Translations under genes and position numbers: made by a program | Shown here: positions 28,351-38,910 of the stretch, one piece after another | How the letters are laid out: every line of letters starts with the position of its first letter | Numbering within the stretch: position 1 is the stretch's first letter | DNA from: Bacteroidota bacterium | GTDB lineage: Bacteria; Bacteroidota; Bacteroidia; Bacteroidales; JAAAOM01 | Length of the DNA: 64,000 nt | Assembly (NCBI GenBank): GCA_009908855.1 | Contig: JAAAOM010000048.1 | Coordinates: 64,867-128,866, forward strand | Reading direction: 5' to 3' | The notes under the pieces: generated by a model | Seen by the model: the letters and a program-made list of their open reading frames with translations, nothing else | Told to the model about the DNA's origin: nothing | The model's database searches: none

Positions 28351-29628
28351 TCAATCTCCGTATACAGGGGCTGTGGCGTTTGATTTTCTTAAATCATCAC
28401 CACTTGGTAATTGAAAAACACGCAATTCAAACTCCGGTATAACGGCTAACAGGTGATCAAAAATATCGGCCTGGATGGATTCGTAATTGACCCATTGCTG
28501 ATCATTGCTGAAAACATATACTTCCAACGGAATGCCTTTATCGGTGGGCTGTAAATGACGAACCATAAAGGTTAATTCCTGGTGTATTTTTGGATGGTTG
28601 CGCAGATAAAATTCAATATACCTTCTGAAAACGCCCAGGTTAGTCATCCTTCTGCCATTAACCACGATGGATTCGTCTATATCATTATCCCGATTGTATT
28701 TTTCAATCTCAACCTGGCGTTGCTTTATGTAATCCTTAAGGTAAATAATATGTTCAAATCTTTTAAGCATTTCAGGTGTGCAAAATTTTACGCTTTTCAT
28801 GTCAATGGTCAGGTGCCGCTTGATTCTTCTCCCACCTGATTCACTCATACCCTTCCAGTTCTGAAATGAATCGGCCACCAAAGCATAAGTAGGAATGGTG
28901 CTTATGGTTTTATCCCAATTCCGCACTTTAATGGTATTTAGCGATATATCGGTAACATTACCATCGGCATTGTATTGCGGCATGCTTATCCAGTCCCCCA
29001 CATTAACCATTTTATTGGCAGAGAGTTGTATACTGGCTACAAATCCGAGTATGGTATCTTTAAATACCAATATTAATACCGCAGCCAATGCTCCCAATCC
29101 GGTTAGTAATGTTGTAAGCGGCTTATCCAGTAAAATAGCCAGAATACTAATAATAACAATGAAGTATAAAAATATCTTTATAACCTGGATGTATCCTTTT
29201 ATACTGCGGCCTTTGGATATGGGTTGACTGTTATATATTTCATGAAAACCGTTTATGATCGATTCGGCAACCAGGAGTGTAATAAGAAGAATATAAATAA
29301 TACACAGTGATTTAATAAGTGCCTGAAACTGCGCTGATTCAAGAAATAAAAATTCTGTAGAAAAGTAAATCACTATGGCCGGAACAATGTGTGCAATGCG
29401 CTGAAATACCCTTTTTTCCAGTAAAATATCATCCCATGTTGTTTTGGTTTTGCGTACTGCTTGAATAATTACATCAAGCAATAATTTGCGGGTTATAATA
29501 TCGGCAATACCGGCAATTACCAGTACAATAAGTACCATGATGCTATCATGAGCCAAACCGGCCAGTTGTTCTGAAAAACCTTTGTTTATAAGCCAGTTCT
29601 CCAGGGCTTGTAAATGTATCGTTTCCAT
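28351..29628 (-). CDS. Mechanosensitive ion channel family protein (MscS-like)
   Basis: 425 aa with N-terminal TM helices and the MscS pore/beta domain block (FVASIQLSANKMVNVGDWISMP...NVTDISLNTIKVRNWD). Confidence 0.88.
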   Translation of the reverse strand: METIHLQALENWLINKGFSEQLAGLAHDSIMVLIVLVIAGIADIITRKLLLDVIIQAVRKTKTTWDDILLEKRVFQRIAHIVPAIVIYFSTEFLFLESAQFQALIKSLCIIYILLITLLVAESIINGFHEIYNSQPISKGRSIKGYIQVIKIFLYFIVIISILAILLDKPLTTLLTGLGALAAVLILVFKDTILGFVASIQLSANKMVNVGDWISMPQYNADGNVTDISLNTIKVRNWDKTISTIPTYALVADSFQNWKGMSESGGRRIKRHLTIDMKSVKFCTPEMLKRFEHIIYLKDYIKQRQVEIEKYNRDNDIDESIVVNGRRMTNLGVFRRYIEFYLRNHPKIHQELTFMVRHLQPTDKGIPLEVYVFSNDQQWVNYESIQADIFDHLLAVIPEFELRVFQLPSGDDLRKSNATAPVYGD

Positions 29629-29687
29629 CTCCGGCTATTTGTATTTAACATCGCAAAAATAAGCATGTAAGTAAAAGAATAATAATA

Positions 29688-30680
29688 TTATTTATTAACA
29701 CGGAGTGAATTCATGCAGTCATTAATAAGTTCCGTAAAAATATCGGTTACCGATAAGTTGGCTTTTTCAAGTTGCTGCGGTATAATACTGCTTTCCGACA
29801 TGCCCGGGACGGTATTTACTTCCAGCAGGTAAGGCTCGTGGTTTTTAATAATAAAATCTACACGGGCAATTCCTTTCAGGTTAAATGCGTCGTAAATTTT
29901 ATCGGTGAAAAGGTTGCATTTATTTTTTATCTGATCCGGAATAAGGGCGGGTGTAATTTCTTCCGATTTACCTTCATACTTGGCCTGAAAATCAAAAAAT
30001 GTGGTTTGGCTAACGATTTCGGTAATTGGTAAAATATATGAGTTATGGGTTGTTTTAATGATACCGCATGTCACTTCCCGGCCATCAAGCATCTCTTCAA
30101 TTAACACTTCCTGGTCTTCCATTAAAGCGATCTGGATGGAGCGTGCCAGGTCTTTCTGGTCAGTTATTCGGGTAACACCAAAGCTGGAACCTGCGTTATT
30201 GGGTTTAACAAAACAGGGAAGTCCGAGTTCATCTACAATGTGCTGTGAGGGGATGGTGTGGTGTTTTTTTACCAATATTTCCCTGGCGACCGGAATGCCC
30301 AGGTCACGCGCAAATTGTTTGGTAACTGATTTATTGAATGTTAACGATGATGCAAGTACACCGGATGTGGTATAAGGAATTTTCAGCATGTCGAAATAAC
30401 CCTGTAATCGTCCGTCTTCACCAGGCGTACCATGAATCATTATCACCGCACAATCAAATACAATTTTTTGATTGTCAACCGTAAAGGTGAAATCATTCTT
30501 ATCTATCGGGAATCGTTGATTATTGACCTCAGCCTCCCATTTATTACCGGCCAGATGCACAATATAAGCATCAAAAATTTTTTGATCGATCCATGTGGCA
30601 ACCTGGCGGGCGCTTTTTACTGAAATAACACGTTCCGATGAATCGCCCCCCGAAATAACGGCTATGTTTTTTACCATCAT
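29688..30680 (-). CDS. ddl: D-alanine--D-alanine ligase
   Basis: 330 aa. IAVISGGDSSERVISVKSA N-terminus, ATP-grasp blocks (FVKPNNAGSSFGV; EVNTVPGMSE). Confidence 0.93.
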   Translation of the reverse strand: MMVKNIAVISGGDSSERVISVKSARQVATWIDQKIFDAYIVHLAGNKWEAEVNNQRFPIDKNDFTFTVDNQKIVFDCAVIMIHGTPGEDGRLQGYFDMLKIPYTTSGVLASSLTFNKSVTKQFARDLGIPVAREILVKKHHTIPSQHIVDELGLPCFVKPNNAGSSFGVTRITDQKDLARSIQIALMEDQEVLIEEMLDGREVTCGIIKTTHNSYILPITEIVSQTTFFDFQAKYEGKSEEITPALIPDQIKNKCNLFTDKIYDAFNLKGIARVDFIIKNHEPYLLEVNTVPGMSESSIIPQQLEKANLSVTDIFTELINDCMNSLRVNK

Positions 30681-30701
30681 TTGCTTTTTAATACAACAAA
30701 T

Positions 30702-31745
30702 TTAATCATTTATATCATTGCGTGCTGCCGTATATCGTCGCCATTTTTCAAGGGCTTCAACCATATCGCTTGGCAGTTCGGAATCAAAAAGCATTTCTTT
30801 TTGGGTAGTTGGATGCATGAACCCTAAGGATTTGGCGTGCAGGGCATGACGCGGGAGGACATGAAAACAGTTGTTTACGAATTGTTTGTATTTGCTGAAA
30901 GTCGTACCTTTCAGTATCCTGTCTCCACCGTATCGCTCGTCATTGAAAAGTGGATGACCGATGTATTCCAGGTGTACCCTTATCTGGTGTGTACGGCCTG
31001 TTTCCAGCTTACAGGAAATGAGATTAACATATCCCAACCGCTCCAGCACCTGATAATGGGTTACTGCATGCTTACCCTGATCGGGATTTTTAAAAAAGGC
31101 CATTTTCATGCGGTCTTTCAGGTCCCGGGCAATATTTCCCGTGATGGTACCGCTATCTTCTTTCATATCGCCCCATACCAGGGCTACATATTCCCGCTGT
31201 GTAGTTCGTTCAAAAAATTGCATGGCCAGGTTATTCAGTGCCTCTTCGGTTTTGGCAATCACCAGCAGGCCTGAGGTGTTTTTATCAATACGGTGTACCA
31301 GACCAGGCCGGACAAGTCCTTGTTTAAACAACGGCTCATCTTTTAAATGATGCATGAGCGCATTCACCAATGTGCCGGTGTAATTGCCATGGCCAGGATG
31401 AACCACCATTCCTGGTTCTTTATTTACAATGAGTATCTGGTCGTCCTCGTAAACAATTTGTATGGGGATATCCTGTGGAATTAATTCAACTTCGCGCTGG
31501 GGGTAGGGTAAAAAAATGGTGATCACATCGTGTGGCTTGACTTTGTAATTTGGTTTTACCGGTATGTTATTAGCCCTGATGTTACCATCATTGGCTACCT
31601 GCTGAATTTTATTACGCGATACATCCTCGAGCTTGTTGTATAAAAACTTATCAATACGTAAAAAGCCTTGTCCTTTGTCGGCTACGAATCGATAATGTTC
31701 ATATAATTCGCTTTGTTCATTGAAATCCTCTTCTTCTTCGGCCAT
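30702..31745 (-). CDS. rluD: RluA/RluD family 23S rRNA pseudouridine synthase
   Basis: 347 aa with an S4-like N-terminal domain and the catalytic HRIDKNTSGLLV motif. Confidence 0.92.
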   Translation of the reverse strand: MAEEEEDFNEQSELYEHYRFVADKGQGFLRIDKFLYNKLEDVSRNKIQQVANDGNIRANNIPVKPNYKVKPHDVITIFLPYPQREVELIPQDIPIQIVYEDDQILIVNKEPGMVVHPGHGNYTGTLVNALMHHLKDEPLFKQGLVRPGLVHRIDKNTSGLLVIAKTEEALNNLAMQFFERTTQREYVALVWGDMKEDSGTITGNIARDLKDRMKMAFFKNPDQGKHAVTHYQVLERLGYVNLISCKLETGRTHQIRVHLEYIGHPLFNDERYGGDRILKGTTFSKYKQFVNNCFHVLPRHALHAKSLGFMHPTTQKEMLFDSELPSDMVEALEKWRRYTAARNDIND

Positions 31746-31749
31746 GATA

Positions 31750-33648
31750 TTAGCGGGTAATAATCATTTTTAGCACCGATTTCCAGTCTGTGCCCTGCAC
31801 TGTTAAAATGTACAACCCTCTTTCCAGGTGCGATACGTTTATAGTTGATTGATTGGGGTAGCGACCGGTTAATTGCCCGGTTGAATTATGGATTGTGATG
31901 CTATAATTAATTTCACCGGAAGGAATACCTTTAATATGCACAACATCGCGAGCCGGATTCGGAAATGCCTGTATGGTTTTGTTTTCAAAAGGGTTCTCAG
32001 GTACCGATACGGTTTCGGGTATTTCTTTTCCGAATACCGGACGGATCATCAGTGCATAAGGGACTTCTTCGGCCTTATGCAACCAAATATTCTGATCGGT
32101 TAAATGATAAGTGTTGTTAACCCTGCTGTTTACATCAACACCAATGCCTATCATATCTTTCTCAAAAGTTGTATTTGTAATACCCACATAGAATTCGCCA
32201 TCGACAACAATGGAATCGTAAGGCCGCAAATCATACCTCTGAAATCCATTACGTCGGTCGGTTAATTTCACTTCGTTACCGGGTACTTCAAGCAATAAAT
32301 CACCGGGCCCACCATTGCCCTGGTCATAAATCCGAATCTCAAAATATCTGGTTTTCTTATCATCCGTGTAACCGGGAAGCATGTATATATCAATGGCCCG
32401 TAATGTATCGGGTTTAAAAGTTTCAAATTTGGAAGCCCAGGATCTTAGGTGCAGTGCTCTCAGCAATCCCTCGGCAGTACCATCATCATAGGCATAATAG
32501 TTTTTACAGGGGTATTCAACAGAAAAAGAATTGTTGGAGAGGATATCCTGTTCCAATTCGGTTTGCATGTTGTATTCAACCCTTAACCTGGCTGAGTCCA
32601 TATCATTGGCGCTAAGCAGAAACAGATTATCTAAGAAAATAGTGTCTTTTTCAGAATCAATGGGGTAGGATTCATTTAATATTCCGCCCTGTTCTTCTAA
32701 ACCGGTTACCTCATCATGTATCGTAAAAGATGGCAGGGTGGCAAAACCTAAGTTTGGAAAATTGAAATTATTAAAAACAAGCGATACACCTGCATTTAGA
32801 ATTTCGTTTCTGGCCTCAGCAAAGTGCGGCCAGGGAATTGATTTAATTCCATTCATAAAGAGAAAATCGCCTACACCAGTAAAGGCCACATCTTCTGTAG
32901 GTCTTGGATCATCTTCCTGCCCTTCCATAAGCATCACATAATCCAGGTGCCAGGGCGCCCATTCGTAAAACTTACTGTCCCGCTTTTTCCATACCTGGTT
33001 TCTAAACCTGAATCGAAACCCGTCTTCCCGCAAACTATCGGTAATTTCAATATCCACGCGTTCAAAAGTAGTGGTGGTACTATCAGGAATGGTGCCCCAG
33101 GCTTTATACCATTTGTCATCCGATGGTCGGTAAAAATCAACAATCAGGCTGTCGGGCGCTCCTTCTGATCCGTTGTTAGCGGTAACACCAACGGCAAGGC
33201 CACCGATTTGATAGTAAAATGTCAGAAAAATTGAATTACCTGTTGCCGGTTCAATATCCATAAATAACGGGGCGCTGGTGAGGGTATCGGCAGGAATTAC
33301 ACTGTTAATATTGGTTTTTGTATATACATCACCGTTTTGGTCATAAGCGTCGAGGGTTGCAATTCCGACTGACATAGGATTGACAGCGTACTGATTATTA
33401 ACGTAAACATAATTGTCAACCCAATGTGTTGGATTTAAATGGAAAGCAGCGCCTGAAAAATCATCGATGAACGGAAGTTCCAGCGTATCAGCGGTGCTTT
33501 TAAGTGTTTTTAAACCTGGTTGATGCGATTGTTCTTTTAACACCGGGTTAAACGGAAGAGCTGAAAAATAATCCTGTGCTTCCATCGTTGAAAGGCTAAT
33601 AAGCACAGAAAATACAATGAAAACTATTCTACCAAATCTCATCTTCAT
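31750..33648 (-). CDS. Secreted protein of unknown function with a T9SS type-A C-terminal sorting domain
   Basis: Signal peptide from MKMRFGRIVFIVFSVLISLSTMEA. The C-terminal ~75 aa (FPNPARDVVHIKG...LERGLYILTVQG...KMIITR) matches the Por secretion CTD pattern. No domain was recognised in the ~540-aa body. Confidence 0.7.
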   Translation of the reverse strand: MKMRFGRIVFIVFSVLISLSTMEAQDYFSALPFNPVLKEQSHQPGLKTLKSTADTLELPFIDDFSGAAFHLNPTHWVDNYVYVNNQYAVNPMSVGIATLDAYDQNGDVYTKTNINSVIPADTLTSAPLFMDIEPATGNSIFLTFYYQIGGLAVGVTANNGSEGAPDSLIVDFYRPSDDKWYKAWGTIPDSTTTTFERVDIEITDSLREDGFRFRFRNQVWKKRDSKFYEWAPWHLDYVMLMEGQEDDPRPTEDVAFTGVGDFLFMNGIKSIPWPHFAEARNEILNAGVSLVFNNFNFPNLGFATLPSFTIHDEVTGLEEQGGILNESYPIDSEKDTIFLDNLFLLSANDMDSARLRVEYNMQTELEQDILSNNSFSVEYPCKNYYAYDDGTAEGLLRALHLRSWASKFETFKPDTLRAIDIYMLPGYTDDKKTRYFEIRIYDQGNGGPGDLLLEVPGNEVKLTDRRNGFQRYDLRPYDSIVVDGEFYVGITNTTFEKDMIGIGVDVNSRVNNTYHLTDQNIWLHKAEEVPYALMIRPVFGKEIPETVSVPENPFENKTIQAFPNPARDVVHIKGIPSGEINYSITIHNSTGQLTGRYPNQSTINVSHLERGLYILTVQGTDWKSVLKMIITR

Positions 33649-34468
33649 AATCGGTCTGTTGTAATGTATCATAACCTGGTAATTTCACAGAATCGACCGT
33701 TAGCCATACATCCACCAGTGATCCCAGCCGAATGCGCATATTTTCATTCGGTTTAGGATTTTGCCGCCATACAAATGCTTTGGCCGAATCTTCCTGTGTT
33801 TCGATGCTATTGTCGTAATTCACGCCACCCATATTTAAATAGGCATCGGTAATTTTATCGTAGGCAGGATTGTAACGCAGTCCTATTACTTCCGGCACAT
33901 AAGTTCGGGTGTCGCTCAATCCGCCACCAAGAATTAAATCTATACTTGCTCCTTTATGAATGGTGTCACCTTCGGTAATATTTCGCCCTTCATATTTCTG
34001 CTCCAACACATTGTTAATGGCAATATCGGGCACATAATTAATCTCTCCAAGTTGTAACCCCCGATTTTCAATTATAGCTTTTGCCTGCCTCAATGATACA
34101 CCTTTTAAATTAGGCATTACAAGTTTCTCCCTACCGGTGGCATTCATGGTAATATAAATCATGCGGTCCTGCTTTACCTGAAAACCGGGTTTAGGATGCT
34201 GGTCGGCAACCGTACCTTTGGGTATGGATTGCAGGTAAACCGAATCGATTATTGTGTATCTGAGATTGCGCTCTTCAATCTCCGGTTTTAATTCTTCCTC
34301 GGTCATTGCCGTAAAATCGGGAACTGAAAAAGCTTCACCGTGGTCGGTATAAATGCGTAATACGATAAATACACCCAGGAAAAATGCCAATGTTATAATA
34401 ATCGCAATCAACACATTTTTTCTGAATGCTTTACTTCTCAGGTATGAAAATAATGATATATCATCCAT
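33629..34468 (-). CDS. PASTA domain-containing membrane protein (no kinase or PBP domain)
   Basis: 279 aa with an N-terminal TM and three PASTA-like repeats (VPDFTAMTEEE..., MPNLKGVSLRQAKAIIE..., VPEVIGLRYNPA...). Confidence 0.75.
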   Translation of the reverse strand: MDDISLFSYLRSKAFRKNVLIAIIITLAFFLGVFIVLRIYTDHGEAFSVPDFTAMTEEELKPEIEERNLRYTIIDSVYLQSIPKGTVADQHPKPGFQVKQDRMIYITMNATGREKLVMPNLKGVSLRQAKAIIENRGLQLGEINYVPDIAINNVLEQKYEGRNITEGDTIHKGASIDLILGGGLSDTRTYVPEVIGLRYNPAYDKITDAYLNMGGVNYDNSIETQEDSAKAFVWRQNPKPNENMRIRLGSLVDVWLTVDSVKLPGYDTLQQTDYEDEIW

Positions 34469-34722
34469 GCGTCAATATAATTACTTTAGTTAACGGACAA
34501 ACAAATATAAAATTATAATTTTCTTATGCTTGCCAGTTGGTGGTGGAAATAATTGAAAAAGTAAGGATGTTATAACTTATTAACAACAGATATACCTTTT
34601 GGTATATTAAAAAGCTAACAATGTGATAGATGGAAAATATTACCGGGATTGTTAAATAAAATTGTTAGCATGGCCCACTGAGTATTTATACCTTTACACT
34701 TTCATTAAACTGATTAATTCCT

Positions 34723-35517
34723 ATGCAACAATACCTGGATTTACTTGACAGGGTGCTTCATACCGGTGAAAAAAAATCGGACCGGACAGGAACCGGTACT
34801 ATTTCTGTATTCGGGCATCAGATGCGATTTGACCTAAACAAAGGATTTCCCTTGCTAACCACCAAAAAATTGCATGTAAAATCTATTATTTATGAACTAT
34901 TATGGTTTTTACAGGGGGATACCAATATTAAATACCTTAATGAGCATGGTGTTAGAATATGGAATGAATGGGCGGACGAACAGGGTAATTTGGGACCTGT
35001 TTACGGTGCTCAGTGGCGTTCATGGTCTGATGGGAAGAATGGTAATATAGATCAGATTCAGCAAGTTATTGATTCAATCAAAAATAATCCGGATTCGCGA
35101 AGGCATATAGTGAGTGCATGGAATGTGGGTGAATTGGATAAAATGGCATTGCCACCCTGTCATGTACTGTTTCAGTTTTATGTTTCCAATGGTAAATTAT
35201 CATGCCAGTTATATCAGCGAAGCGCTGATATTTTCCTGGGTGTCCCTTTTAATATTGCCTCATACGCATTATTGACCATGATGATTGCACAGGTAACCGG
35301 ACTACAGGCAAATGAATTTGTGCACACCCTGGGTGATGCACATATTTATTCCAATCACCTTGAGCAGGTTAAATTACAATTAACCAGGGAACCACGGTCA
35401 TTGCCTAAAATGAAAATTAATCCGGGGGTTAATAATATATTCGGGTTTAAATTTGAGGATTTTGAATTGTCAGATTATGATCCCCATCCACATATAAAAG
35501 GAGCAATAGCAGTGTAA
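34723..35517 (+). CDS. thyA: Thymidylate synthase
   Basis: 264 aa. MQQYLDLL...DRTGTGT...ALPPCH...the full ThyA signature. Confidence 0.97.
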   Translation: MQQYLDLLDRVLHTGEKKSDRTGTGTISVFGHQMRFDLNKGFPLLTTKKLHVKSIIYELLWFLQGDTNIKYLNEHGVRIWNEWADEQGNLGPVYGAQWRSWSDGKNGNIDQIQQVIDSIKNNPDSRRHIVSAWNVGELDKMALPPCHVLFQFYVSNGKLSCQLYQRSADIFLGVPFNIASYALLTMMIAQVTGLQANEFVHTLGDAHIYSNHLEQVKLQLTREPRSLPKMKINPGVNNIFGFKFEDFELSDYDPHPHIKGAIAV

Positions 35518-36020
35518 TGAAGGAAAAAATTGATTTATCAATCATTGCTGCCATCGGACAAAACAATGAAATGGGCAGGGATGGTGACCTGATGTGGAGT
35601 TTACCACACGATATGAAAAGGTTTCAGAAAATAACCAGCGGCCATCCCATGATTATGGGCCGTAAAACTTTCGAATCATTTCCGGGTGGTATGTTGCCCA
35701 GGCGCAAACATATAATATTAACCAGAAATAAAAATTACAAGGCAGAAGGTGCTGTTGTAGTACAAACTGTTGATGAAGCATTAAAGGAATGCGATTTATA
35801 TACAGAAAACTTTGTAATTGGCGGTGCTGCCATATACGAAACTTTTTTACCCCTGGTAAACCGGATGTACTTAACGCATATTCATGCTACCTTTGAAGGA
35901 GCAGATACTTATTTTCCTTCGGTGGAATACAGCTTATGGGATGAAATTGAACGCATTGAAATGTCCAAAGACGAAAAGCATAAGTATCCCTTCACTTATG
36001 TTAATTATTTGCGTAAGTAA
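35517..36020 (+). CDS. folA: Dihydrofolate reductase
   Basis: 167 aa. The ATG shares one nt with the thyA TAA (TAATG). Motifs: IAAIGQNNEMG...LPW-like...GRKTFES...VIGGAAIY. Confidence 0.93.
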   Translation: MKEKIDLSIIAAIGQNNEMGRDGDLMWSLPHDMKRFQKITSGHPMIMGRKTFESFPGGMLPRRKHIILTRNKNYKAEGAVVVQTVDEALKECDLYTENFVIGGAAIYETFLPLVNRMYLTHIHATFEGADTYFPSVEYSLWDEIERIEMSKDEKHKYPFTYVNYLRK

Positions 36021-36190
36021 AATTCTATTTCAGCCATTACAACCAACCTTGTAATGCAAGCCATGAAAATGGAGCTTTCTTATCCAACACCGGACTTTTC
36101 TTGCAAAACTAATTAGGTTTTACTTATTTCAATAACTCATGTTTTAAAACAATTCCTGGAAGATTTTGGAAAAATTTACATGGTTCGTAG

Positions 36191-36198
36191 TATATTTG
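36191..36198 (+). promoter_or_regulatory. Candidate -7 box (TATATTTG)
   Basis: Perfect TAnnTTTG, 27 nt upstream of the ATG at 36225. Confidence 0.35.
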
Positions 36199-36224
36199 AA
36201 TCGTCACATATATTATGATCAGGT

Positions 36225-37115
36225 ATGAAAAATAATCTCTTTACCCGTTCCTTACTGTTAGTGCTTGTTGTTGTGTTACACTTGTTTCTTTCCACTGCTT
36301 GTAATAAGGAGGGCGATCCGGAATTATCGATCAAAGAAAGTAAAATTGAACTAACCAAAGAAGAGCCCGAAAAATCGCTGTTGATTGCTAACCTGGGCGA
36401 AGGTAACCTGGACTGGAATGTTGAAAACATACCCCAATGGCTGGATGTGTCTCCTACCAGTGGATCATTAGAACCGGGCGCTGATGATATCAATTTTACC
36501 GGACGGTTAAATTTCCGTTCCGATGAATATAATGCCGATGTGGTAATTAGTACCAATGCCGGTAACAAGACCATTGAGATTAGTTTTAACCTTGACAGAG
36601 AGGAGTTTACTGTTTTACCCGGCCAGGGGATAACCAATGTTTTATTGGGACATACATTTAGTGCGGTGAAGAACGAGATTGGTATACCCGATACGGTTTT
36701 TCATTATCAATACGATGGACAGGGTGCTAACTTTGTTCACGAAAGTGTATATCCATACCTGGGGCTGGTGTTGTTTTACTTTAATGACCATCCGGCTATT
36801 GTAAATAATTCCGATCAGCTGGTATTTATTCAGTGTGTATCTTCTGATTTTGAAGGCACTACCGAAGAAGGCATTGGTATAGGAAGTTCGCTGAATCAGA
36901 TTGAGGATGCTTATGGCACTCCTTCCGATACCATTACCAGTCAAAGTGGCAATTTAAGTTATGAATTTTACGCTTATGCACAATCAGGTATCGGGTTTTA
37001 TTTCTTTAATGGTAATCAAAGCAAATGTGAATGGATTGAGGTTTTTCCGCCTGTTGTATCATCAGCACCCTTGCGGAAACCCCTTTTGAACCACAATCTG
37101 CAAAGAAAATATTGA
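36225..37115 (+). CDS. Lipoprotein with an N-terminal BACON-like domain, function unknown
   Basis: 296 aa with a lipobox (LFLSTAC) and a BACON-like segment (NLGEGNLDWNVENIPQWLDVSPTSGSL). The antisense ORF 36176-36637 is rejected. Confidence 0.55.
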   Translation: MKNNLFTRSLLLVLVVVLHLFLSTACNKEGDPELSIKESKIELTKEEPEKSLLIANLGEGNLDWNVENIPQWLDVSPTSGSLEPGADDINFTGRLNFRSDEYNADVVISTNAGNKTIEISFNLDREEFTVLPGQGITNVLLGHTFSAVKNEIGIPDTVFHYQYDGQGANFVHESVYPYLGLVLFYFNDHPAIVNNSDQLVFIQCVSSDFEGTTEEGIGIGSSLNQIEDAYGTPSDTITSQSGNLSYEFYAYAQSGIGFYFFNGNQSKCEWIEVFPPVVSSAPLRKPLLNHNLQRKY

Positions 37116-37178
37116 AATTGCATGGATATTTCGACGTAAATGAAAAATATCATTTGTATGATTGTGCTAATCGGAAAA

Positions 37179-37871
37179 TTAACCCAGCGTACTGATTTTT
37201 TCCAGTTTATTTTCGCTTAGAATTTTTATTCTTTTACCATCTAGTTTAATAACCCCTTCACCGGCAAATATAGATAAGGTGCGGATGGCATTGGATGAGG
37301 TCATGCACGAAAGATTGGCAATATCCTCACGAGTTAAATATACTTTTATGGTTTGGTTATCTGCCTCATATCCATAAGTGTCTTTCAGAAAAATGAGCGA
37401 TTCGGCCAATCGACCCCGAATATGTTTCTGAGTTAGCGTAACCGTGCGGTTGATGGTGAAACCCAACTCTGTAGCAAACGCCTTCAGAATTCCGAAGCTG
37501 ACATTAAAATTACACTGCATCACTTTAAGCAGGCTGTCTTTTTGAAAAATGCACACCTTTGAGTCTTCCAGCGCAACAGCCGTAGTGGTATGATTTTCTT
37601 CAGCAAATAATGCACGATATCCGATAAAACCCACTGGTTTTGCCATCCTTACAATTTGTTCGCGTCCGCCAACGCCGGTTTTAAAAACTTTAACCATACC
37701 GCTGGCCAGGGACAGCAGTCCCATCGGACGGTCGCCTTCCCTGAAAATAATATCGCCTTTGCCGTAAAAACGGCACTGATAATTTTCCTGTAGTATTTGT
37801 TTTTCTTCCCTGCTTAGATTATTAAAAATTGACTTTTGATGATCGATGCAATGCTCACAATTCAGTTCCAT
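37179..37871 (-). CDS. Crp/Fnr family transcriptional regulator
   Basis: 230 aa with a cNMP-binding-like beta-roll (FREGDRPMGLLSLASGMVKVF) and a C-terminal HTH (TREDIANLSCMTSSNAIRTLS). An N-terminal CxxC (CEHC) is present. Confidence 0.88.
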   Translation of the reverse strand: MELNCEHCIDHQKSIFNNLSREEKQILQENYQCRFYGKGDIIFREGDRPMGLLSLASGMVKVFKTGVGGREQIVRMAKPVGFIGYRALFAEENHTTTAVALEDSKVCIFQKDSLLKVMQCNFNVSFGILKAFATELGFTINRTVTLTQKHIRGRLAESLIFLKDTYGYEADNQTIKVYLTREDIANLSCMTSSNAIRTLSIFAGEGVIKLDGKRIKILSENKLEKISTLG

Positions 37872-37996
37872 AATTTAATCTTATGCTCTATGAATAAGGC
37901 ATAAAGGTATAAATTTTTCCCAAGTTAAATATAGGAGCTTACCCTTTGTTTGAGAGGTATTCGGAAAATATTCGGAATAGGCAATCTAAATATTAT

Positions 37997-38650
37997 CTAT
38001 TCTAATTTATACTCATAACCTATAAAAATTCCGATGTTTTTGAGTTGGGCTTTCGGATTTTGTGAGACAGGCAGAATACCTTCCTGGTATCGAATACGTG
38101 CCATACATATAGATTGATCTGCAAAATTCCATTTAAAACCGGCGAAAAAGCTATAGGAAATACTGTATAATCCGGGATTATGTGCGTAATCCGATTCTGT
38201 ATGCTTCTCTTTGTATTGCACGGTACTGTTGAGTAAAAAATGATTTATTATTCCTAATCCTGCATAAGGATAAAACGTTGCATACCGGTCTCTTTTGTTC
38301 TGAAAACCCAGTTCGACCGGAATGCTTATCAGATCGCCACGGTATTGCACGTAAGGGCTGTTAACATTTCTAAATACCTGGTTGTCTATTACAAATGTAT
38401 CGACCGATTGCTTAAGTATACTATTTAAACGGCTGTACTCAATTCCAATGCTCATTAGGTAATGATCATCGAAGTAATAACTACCGTCAACCTGTATAAA
38501 AAACTGTCCCAAACCAAATTGTTGATCGAAATCAAGATCGTTGGTGGTCATCCAGCTAACAGCGGTTCCCGCCTGAATTTTATAGCTAAAATCCTGTGCC
38601 CTGACAGCAGAGCTAAATATCAATAAGAAAGAAATGATTATCAGGGGCAT
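37997..38650 (-). CDS. Small outer-membrane beta-barrel protein (porin family / OmpW-like size class)
   Basis: 217 aa with a signal peptide, alternating hydrophobic strands, and the aromatic-rich C-terminal strand GIFIGYEYKLE. Confidence 0.55.
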   Translation of the reverse strand: MPLIIISFLLIFSSAVRAQDFSYKIQAGTAVSWMTTNDLDFDQQFGLGQFFIQVDGSYYFDDHYLMSIGIEYSRLNSILKQSVDTFVIDNQVFRNVNSPYVQYRGDLISIPVELGFQNKRDRYATFYPYAGLGIINHFLLNSTVQYKEKHTESDYAHNPGLYSISYSFFAGFKWNFADQSICMARIRYQEGILPVSQNPKAQLKNIGIFIGYEYKLE

Positions 38651-38910
38651 GTTTAAATGTTAACTGTGGCGCCGGTGCATGTCTGGCCTGCATTAATAAA
38701 ATACTGTAATTCCTTTCAAAATGGCATATTGAAAAGTGAATATGAAATTACGACTCTAAATGTTCAAATTTGACTAACATGTAACCGGCTACAAAAGTAA
38801 GATTTTTTTGTTGAATGCTAATTTAGCCTTTTGAAGCAATAATTTCAGGTTATTAGTTAAATTCTTTTCACAATAGCACTTTTTACTATTACTTTCGCAA
38901 AAAAAAATAT

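Noticed and set aside
36035-36056. A perfect 8-bp hairpin CATTACAA-CCAACC-TTGTAATG just after folA, considered as a terminator.
   Set aside because: No U-tract follows it. It may still act as an RNA-stabilising or Rho-independent-like structure, but I cannot support a terminator call.
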